A DNA stretch of 64,000 nt from Naegleria gruberi. Lineage: Eukaryota. The translations under genes and the position numbers were made by a program. Location of the stretch: assembly GCA_000004985.1 (NCBI GenBank), contig GG738932.1; one strand, written 5' to 3'. Below are positions 57,951 through 64,000 of the stretch, piece after piece; the first letter of the stretch is position 1; each line of letters starts with the position of its first letter. The notes beneath the pieces were generated by a model. It was not told where the DNA came from. It made no database searches and worked only from the letters and a program-made list of their open reading frames with translations.

Positions 57951-59087
57951 TCATTTAAAAGTGTAAGAATCAGCTCTGGAAATCTCAGAAACAGTATAGC
58001 TAGTACGATCAAAGTATGGATCCATCACTGAGAAGGTCTTGCTTACCGGATCGTAACCTGTGGCCAAAACGAAATGCTCTGATTTCTTTCCAGGTGGTTT
58101 TATCAGTTTCAGAATGACCAACTTTCCTTCACATAAATTTCTTGTGGCCACCACAAGAATATCAGTTGTTCTTCCATAATATTTAACTCCAAACTTGGAA
58201 GTAATTGCTGCCCAAACGTACAAGTTCTTGTTTTGGAAACCACCATTGGTCTTCAACCATTCATTGAATTCATAGGGATTCATTTTGGTTTTTCCAATTC
58301 CATTCAATCCTGAAATAATGGATGTGATCAAACAACCTGCCTTACAAATAGTTTCACTAGAGGTTCCCAATTTGAAAGATCCCCAAGTAGAATCACATTG
58401 TTTCAATAACGGGAATTGAGATGGAATATATCCTGGTGAGCAAATATTTGGTGGAATAATTGGTGATGGTTCTGGAATAGGAGTTGGTTTTGGAGGAGGT
58501 GGAATAGGAATAATTGGAGATGGCTCTGGTTTCGGTGGAATAGGAGATGGATCAGGTGAGGGTGGAATAGGAGAGGGTTGTGGCAAAGGTGGAATAGGTG
58601 ATGGTTTTGGTTTTGGCACAATAATGACCTCACGTCTTCTTCTTCTTCCTCTTGGTATCTCCAATTCCAAATTAATATTCACACTTCCACCAGGATTGTT
58701 AGTTGTAGCAGAGGAAGATGCTGAGGAAGCAGCTCTACTTGCCTGTTGAAGAACAATAGTTTGTGGAGTTTGAGGAATTGGCACTGGAACATTCACAACT
58801 AGTTCTCTACCTGGGAAGTAACATTTACGTGAAGTTTTCTTCTTCTTTTTCCCAATAACCTTGATGATAATTTCCTTATCGTTCTTTGTTTTTTTCTTGA
58901 TAGTTTGTTTTCTTCTTCTTCTTGATGAACTTTTAAATGACCTGGCAGAGGTCAATGTAATGATCTGAACATTACTGTCTGATCTTTTTGATGATTTCGC
59001 AGCAGTAATAGCAACTACACCAAACAAACAAACCAACAAGATTCCAATAAGAAAGTTAGTTGGTTTCAGAGCAGCTGATTTGTACAT
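57951..59087 (-). CDS. secreted protein: signal anchor, polybasic/dibasic sites, Pro-rich (PSPIPP)n linker and C-terminal Peptidase_C39-like (papain-fold) domain
   Basis: N-terminus MYKSAALKPTNFLIGILLVCLFGVVAITA. SSRRRRKQ and PRGRRRRREV are candidate Kex2/furin-type sites. PKPKPSPIPPLPQPSPIPPSPDPSPIPPKPEPSPIIP linker. C-terminal domain has a TWGSFKLGTSSETICKAGCLITSIISGLNG (Cys) ... HFVLATGYD (His) ... VMDP pattern like bacterial C39-like peptidases (Q....GC.PTS..M.L...G / HAVVLTGYD...DP). Confidence 0.5.
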   Translation of the reverse strand: MYKSAALKPTNFLIGILLVCLFGVVAITAAKSSKRSDSNVQIITLTSARSFKSSSRRRRKQTIKKKTKNDKEIIIKVIGKKKKKTSRKCYFPGRELVVNVPVPIPQTPQTIVLQQASRAASSASSSATTNNPGGSVNINLELEIPRGRRRRREVIIVPKPKPSPIPPLPQPSPIPPSPDPSPIPPKPEPSPIIPIPPPPKPTPIPEPSPIIPPNICSPGYIPSQFPLLKQCDSTWGSFKLGTSSETICKAGCLITSIISGLNGIGKTKMNPYEFNEWLKTNGGFQNKNLYVWAAITSKFGVKYYGRTTDILVVATRNLCEGKLVILKLIKPPGKKSEHFVLATGYDPVSKTFSVMDPYFDRTSYTVSEISRADSYTFK

Positions 59088-59201
59088 TTTTTTGAAGGAT
59101 AACGTGACACGGTAGGGTAAATTGATCCAAAAAAGTAAGCTTTGTCCAATCGTAAATACGCATGGTCATGGCACAAGCAATCAGGATTACCAAGGATCCA
59201 A

Positions 59202-61715
59202 TTATTTCTCATTTGTTTCCTGTTTCAATAAAGGAACAGATTTCTGTTCAAAATATAAACTTCTGTGCACTTGTACAAGATACTGAGATGGAATGGAAGT
59301 ATCAATTATTAAAGATTCTCCACTCCTATGGATAATCAATTCTTCTCCAAAGTTCTTTTTACACTTGATAGTGAACTTGTTGATAGCTCTTGATTTGGTA
59401 CTCAATCCTCTCTTACAAATCTTTTTGAGTTTTTCAATCTTCTGTAAATAGCCAGGGGACCCTTCCACATTATCGAATAAATCAAAAGCTGTTTTACCTT
59501 GACTATTTCTAACAATGTCGAATTTCAAACCCCTTTTAATGAGTGCACTGCAAGTTAGAAAATCATCATGAATAAAGGTTTGTGCCCAATGCATGTAAGC
59601 TCTGACAATAAAGTGAGATATATCATCTCCATCTACACAGCCAAAACAATTAACATTTCGTAACTGTTGGAGTGGAGATCTTTCTAATGAAAAGTGACAA
59701 CGATTTCCGTCATAGTGGAAGAAGAGTGAGACTAATTGAGGTTGACCCTCCACATAATCAAATGCAAGAGAATTGCACTCCTGAATACTGTAATTATATA
59801 ATCTATCAATTATTTGAAACATTATTCTATACATTCCACAATCGTCCGAATATCCAACAAAATTAAATTTAGGAAAATCTTCTATTGAAGTCAATTTGTC
59901 TAATAGACTGTAGTATCCTAGTGAGGTGGTTTGTATTGGCATATTTCCATTTCTATCTTTGCATAAAACAATTTCCCTTAAACTAATGTTTAAACTAGAA
60001 AGGAAACAATTTCCAAAATAATGCACCAAATGTTTCCCATTCATATCTCTATAATTGATATCATTGAACTCTTGGTAATCATAATGTTCTGGCATTCGAT
60101 TAATAGTTGCAAATAGAATTCGCATATCTATCAGTAATCCATCTAACAAGATTACTTTTGAATAAACTTCTCCACATACTTTCTTAAACGCTTCATAATT
60201 AAAAACTTTTGAGAAATTTCCTATTATCATTTTAGTGTAACGGCTGAACGCAACCTCTTTAGGTGTAATTCCATAATTATTTGGCTCCTCACTAAGGCGA
60301 TCTATTTCAGTATCTGATAATTTTGCCAGAAATGATATTTTCTTGTAAGTGGTCGCAGTTGAAAATAAATAATAACAATGTAAAATATTATTTCCAAAGT
60401 TATCTTTGGAACTGGGATCAAAATTGTTCGTAACATGATATCTCATCATACATGGATTAATTCCAAACACGTCTCTACTATTTGGGTCCAGTTTTATCTT
60501 GCTAAATTGAAAACAATCCGAAACTAAACTAGCTGCTGATAATTGGTACTTTCCCAAATGTGACAGATCTATATTATATTCACTGCAGAAAGATATTATT
60601 TCCTCCTTATCAATAGTATTATTTAGAAATTCCTTGGTAATGTTTCTTTCAACCTTAATCTTCACAAATGGATATTTTAGAATAATATTCAAACATTGAA
60701 TAGAGTAAATAGGAATTTTGAAAATTCTGAATGTTGGATATTTCGCATGTATCTGTTGCAATAAATTCATGACCTGCTCCAAGTTTTCCTCTTTTTCTAA
60801 ATAATTCCAATTTGTAAATTCGATCTGCAAAATAAATGTAAAATATTCAATGTCAAGTTTGAAATTTTCAATTAGATAATTTGCATCTTCAAATTGCAAA
60901 CAAATAATACAGTAAAACACAAGGTTTTCTACTTTTTGAAAAGTTTTTGGGATAATATTGGCAAATTCTGTAGTTGGTATGATTTCATACTCCTGTGTGA
61001 ACCTATAGCTACGATAGCAATTACCACTCCTGTACAATCTAGGTTGTAAAACTCCATAAACAGGTAGAGTATAAACAGATACATCACTACTTTCAGGCTT
61101 AAAATCTGAATTGAAATTCAAAAAGTAATGCTTCACACTCGGCATTAATTTCATAAAATCTACTCCAAAATTTCTTACACTCGAGACATTGAAATAATTC
61201 TTTCCCATTACTGAATGAAACGAAACATATTCCACCTGACGAAGAGGTTGCTTTCCATGACAAATCTTTTTCAATTTCCACATGAATTTGGAAAACACTT
61301 GCATCCACGATTCCCTCTCATATTGTCGCAACAAATCTACAATTTTAACACATGGATGCCTCTTGAGATGTTGCACATAAACCTCATCAAGAAAATAGTT
61401 ACGTTTAATCTTGGGCGTATCAAAGATTGTAATATTCAAACTTTTCGGAAGGAAAGTCTTGATGGATTTTAAAATTGATTTACAAACTAGAAAGAGACCA
61501 ATACTTTCATGGCAAGGAGGTTTCTCCTCAAAAGCAATGAAATCATCAGAGCATAAGATTTGATCAAATTCTTCAAGAGTTTCGGGAAAGTTGATTTTTG
61601 GTACAAAGAGAAGTGGATGAGCACAAATATCACGAATGTAATCGAGGTAGGAGAAAATTTCATGATGAATTTCGGAGGGAAGATTTGAGAGTGAGGGTTT
61701 GCCTTCTTCATGCAT
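59202..61715 (-). CDS. F-box domain protein (837 aa)
   Basis: N-terminal LSNLPSEIHHEIFSYLDYIRDI fits the F-box consensus LPxEIxxxIFxYL. Long uninterrupted ORF. Confidence 0.55.
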   Translation of the reverse strand: MHEEGKPSLSNLPSEIHHEIFSYLDYIRDICAHPLLFVPKINFPETLEEFDQILCSDDFIAFEEKPPCHESIGLFLVCKSILKSIKTFLPKSLNITIFDTPKIKRNYFLDEVYVQHLKRHPCVKIVDLLRQYERESWMQVFSKFMWKLKKICHGKQPLRQVEYVSFHSVMGKNYFNVSSVRNFGVDFMKLMPSVKHYFLNFNSDFKPESSDVSVYTLPVYGVLQPRLYRSGNCYRSYRFTQEYEIIPTTEFANIIPKTFQKVENLVFYCIICLQFEDANYLIENFKLDIEYFTFILQIEFTNWNYLEKEENLEQVMNLLQQIHAKYPTFRIFKIPIYSIQCLNIILKYPFVKIKVERNITKEFLNNTIDKEEIISFCSEYNIDLSHLGKYQLSAASLVSDCFQFSKIKLDPNSRDVFGINPCMMRYHVTNNFDPSSKDNFGNNILHCYYLFSTATTYKKISFLAKLSDTEIDRLSEEPNNYGITPKEVAFSRYTKMIIGNFSKVFNYEAFKKVCGEVYSKVILLDGLLIDMRILFATINRMPEHYDYQEFNDINYRDMNGKHLVHYFGNCFLSSLNISLREIVLCKDRNGNMPIQTTSLGYYSLLDKLTSIEDFPKFNFVGYSDDCGMYRIMFQIIDRLYNYSIQECNSLAFDYVEGQPQLVSLFFHYDGNRCHFSLERSPLQQLRNVNCFGCVDGDDISHFIVRAYMHWAQTFIHDDFLTCSALIKRGLKFDIVRNSQGKTAFDLFDNVEGSPGYLQKIEKLKKICKRGLSTKSRAINKFTIKCKKNFGEELIIHRSGESLIIDTSIPSQYLVQVHRSLYFEQKSVPLLKQETNEK

Positions 61716-61771
61716 TTTTTTTTAAATATTTAATTATTTAAATATATTATTTAATTGTTTACAATGTCTTG

Positions 61772-62797
61772 TTATGGAAGAGTAGATTCAAATTTAAAGA
61801 CAAGATCAGAATATGGCGAATTTGGAGAAAGTAAATGTTCAATATTGTGAACTTTCTTACTCCAATTGACAAAGATGTGAATCATGTGATTTCCAAAATC
61901 AGCAACAAAGAGTTCTCCCAACCCATATGAGATTGCCAATCCTACAGGTCTCATGAATGCTAAATCATCATTTTTCACTTTGAAACTCTTAACAAATGCC
62001 TTTTTGTGATCGAATAATTGAATTCGATTATTCATTGTATCTGAAACAAGGATCATGTTGGTTTTCTTATCATAGGCAATTCCTTTCGGTGATTCAAAAC
62101 AACCATTTTCTTTCCCCTGTTTCCCAATTGAGTATAAGAAAGTGCCATCCTTCTTGAAAGCTTGAATTCGATGATTTCCAGAATCACAGACAATAATATT
62201 TTCCTCCAAATCCAAAGTTAAATCATGAGGGAATAATAATTGACCTTCTTTTCTTCCCCTCTCAGAAATTACTGACAATACTTCTCCACTCCTCTTACTC
62301 AAAACCTTAATTGAATTCGTTTTTTTACAAGTCACATAAATTTGGTCGCTTGAACATGAAACTCCATTAGCTCCAGGTATTTCAGTAGTCCAATTAATCT
62401 TTCCATTCTCCATATTAATACATTGTACAATTCCTCGATCAGTACTCAACACAAATTTATCATCAAAATAATCAAAATAACTTGGAAGACCATCCACCAA
62501 CATTCTCTTCAAAACTTGTCGTGTATCTAAATCCAAAATATAGATAAATCCCTCACTCACATCTGTAAAATACAATCGTCTCTCCTTTTCATTCACTCTC
62601 ACTTGATACGGTTCAAATAACATTAAATAATTAATATTTTCATCGGAGGATTTTACAACATTTGATCCACCAGAATCCAACTGTAATCGAGCAAGTTTGG
62701 ACTCACTCAACATTCGATCGGAGGGATAGATGGCTTCAATAGCCTTCGCTGACGTTAATTCTACACTCACGGGAGCACACAATGCACGTGGTAGCAT
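61772..62797 (-). CDS. NHL-repeat beta-propeller protein (341 aa)
   Basis: Repeated NHL blades (LLFPHDLTLDLEENIIVCDSGNHRIQAF; FESPKGIAYDKKTNMILVSDTMNNRIQLF; MRPVGLAISYGLGELFVADFGNHMIHIF). Confidence 0.65.
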   Translation of the reverse strand: MLPRALCAPVSVELTSAKAIEAIYPSDRMLSESKLARLQLDSGGSNVVKSSDENINYLMLFEPYQVRVNEKERRLYFTDVSEGFIYILDLDTRQVLKRMLVDGLPSYFDYFDDKFVLSTDRGIVQCINMENGKINWTTEIPGANGVSCSSDQIYVTCKKTNSIKVLSKRSGEVLSVISERGRKEGQLLFPHDLTLDLEENIIVCDSGNHRIQAFKKDGTFLYSIGKQGKENGCFESPKGIAYDKKTNMILVSDTMNNRIQLFDHKKAFVKSFKVKNDDLAFMRPVGLAISYGLGELFVADFGNHMIHIFVNWSKKVHNIEHLLSPNSPYSDLVFKFESTLP

Positions 62798-62999
62798 TTT
62801 TTAATTTGTGCTTTATCAATTCTGGCATTTACAATTGTTTACAAGATTCCCTGTTGAATATTGATATAACTTTACAGTTTACCTGGTTTTTTCCGGTTTA
62901 CACTTGAATTTGGTCGAGACACTTTAACTTTTATATAAGATGGATACCATAAGATAGAACCTTAGATAGTCGTTGTGTATTTTATGATACATATGTATT

Positions 63000-63083
63000 C
63001 CGGTGATAGCTCAGCTGGTAGAGCATGGTACTGTAGTTGTAACAGTTCTCCCGTGGTCGGCGGTTCGAGTCCGTCTCGTCGGA
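63000..63083 (+). tRNA. tRNA-Tyr (GUA) with short (about 11 nt) intron after the anticodon loop
   Basis: CCGGTGA-TA-GCTC-AGCTGGTA-GAGC-A-TGGTA-CTGTAG... intron ...TTGTAACAGTT... TCCCG-TGGTC-GGCGG-TTCGAGT-CCGTC-TCGTCGG-A. The 5' half is near-identical to canonical eukaryotic tRNA-Tyr. The intron segment AACAG can pair with the anticodon region CTGTT, as is typical. Anticodon-stem pairing is imperfect. Confidence 0.65.
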
Positions 63084-64000
63084 TTATTTTGGCTATTTTG
63101 GTCAAATTGAGTTAAAAATATTAAGGATGGTTCAACACATATTTCAATCCAATTGCTGAAAATTATCCAACTTCCATCCTTATTTTTGTAAACTTTATTT
63201 AATGATAAGAAAAGGATGAAGAAGTTTATCATTATCTATGGCAATTCCTTTTATTGATTCTCCGAGAAGGAATATTCCAAAACAACAGCATATCTCAATT
63301 TCATGTATTTTTCAGATTCGAATCTTTGTATACAAAGATTTCATTCCAAATCACCGGTGATGAGATTTTTTCGAACCACTACAGTTTTATTGTAATCACA
63401 GTAGATCAAAACTGTAGATCAAGTTTAGGTGATTGTATAATTTGATCAGAGTCAATTTAGGAAAACTTGTAATATGAATAAGAAGAAATTAAACGAATGG
63501 TGGCGAAACATACTTTTAAGAACCTGTAAGGCCTCCATATGGTTAGATCATCTAACTTGTAGATTTTGCTTCCTGTTGTTTCGAATCGTCCAATGTAATT
63601 CGTTCAGAATAGTCTAAAACAAATTCTAAATTGGTAATATTCCACATCCGAAGATTTTACATAGAATGGAACAATATCACAACAATCAACTCATCTTGAA
63701 GTAATTTACCCTTTTCGATCAATCGTTACATTTTCGAATAGTGCCATTGCTGTTTCTAATAGTTTAATTTCATGTACTTCTATGTATTTTTTAATCGGTC
63801 AAGGAATACATTTCACGATCATCCTCAATCTCCAAATTTCATCAATTCTGTACATTGTCCTTTCCAACAAAGTTTCGAATGGCATTATCGAACGAAAGAA
63901 AAAATTTTGAAATCTCCATTGAAATCCTGAAAGAGAAACTTTCTACATTCGAAAAGTTGCCACCTCACACTTCTATCCTCAAATCATGTATTCAAAATTG

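Noticed and set aside
1-64000. Prokaryotic-style reading (operons, CRISPR, phage or defence islands)
   Set aside because: There are clear spliceosomal introns with conserved protein sequence across junctions, eukaryote-specific tRNAs (initiator Met with A1:U72/A54/A60, intron-containing Tyr), signal-peptide secretory proteins, ankyrin, F-box and NHL architectures, and no Shine-Dalgarno-type organisation. No CRISPR-like repeats were found.
1-64000. Apparent over-representation of the palindrome TTCGAA (often as GTTTCGAATA)
   Set aside because: A rough count of about 30 sites against an expectation of about 20 for this base composition is not significant. Many occurrences are explained by codon pairs such as F-E and S-N.

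Overview
This 64 kb window is eukaryotic nuclear DNA, not a prokaryotic locus. It is AT-rich (about one third GC by eye) and gene-dense, with about 35 protein-coding genes and 6 tRNA genes. Several genes carry short spliceosomal introns of 42-132 nt. Donors are GTAAGT, GTATGT and, twice, GTTTGT; acceptors are YAG; branch motifs are CTAAY-like, and one intron has TACTAAC. Two eukaryote-specific tRNAs are present: an initiator tRNA-Met (A1:U72, A54, A60) and a tRNA-Tyr with an intron. I cannot name the organism. The introns, N/Q-rich tracts and gene content fit an AT-rich protist or early-diverging fungus. The supplied ORF track sometimes starts at non-ATG codons (for example TTG at 43333 and 9027), so true starts often differ from it. 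Recognisable genes are an ABCB-type half transporter, an MFS transporter, an MGST3-like MAPEG protein, a purple acid phosphatase, a Sec1/Vps33-family protein, an RCC1-repeat protein, an ankyrin-repeat protein, NHL-repeat and F-box proteins, a DUF4116-like repeat protein, a giant G8/beta-helix secreted protein and a 1,880-aa receptor-type class III nucleotidyl cyclase. Its ectodomain is built from periplasmic-binding-protein (ANF-receptor-like) modules. The most unusual content is a cluster of 8 paralogous, fast-diverging genes between 4.6 and 40.1 kb. They share only two short motifs: an internal NNSMFGV-KKRK-YExVLNF block and a C-terminal SISIRELLN tail. Other points of interest are a secreted protein with polybasic sites, a proline-rich linker and a bacterial-type Peptidase_C39-like domain, and an extremely Lys/Cys-rich secreted repeat protein. 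Two identical tRNA-Ile copies sit in inverted orientation 30 kb apart. There is an apparent homopolymer frameshift in the Sec1/Vps33 gene, a truncated PIPK-like gene lacking the ATP-binding loop, and local duplication and repeat structure around the DUF4116 gene. No CRISPR array, rRNA or transposon ORF was found.
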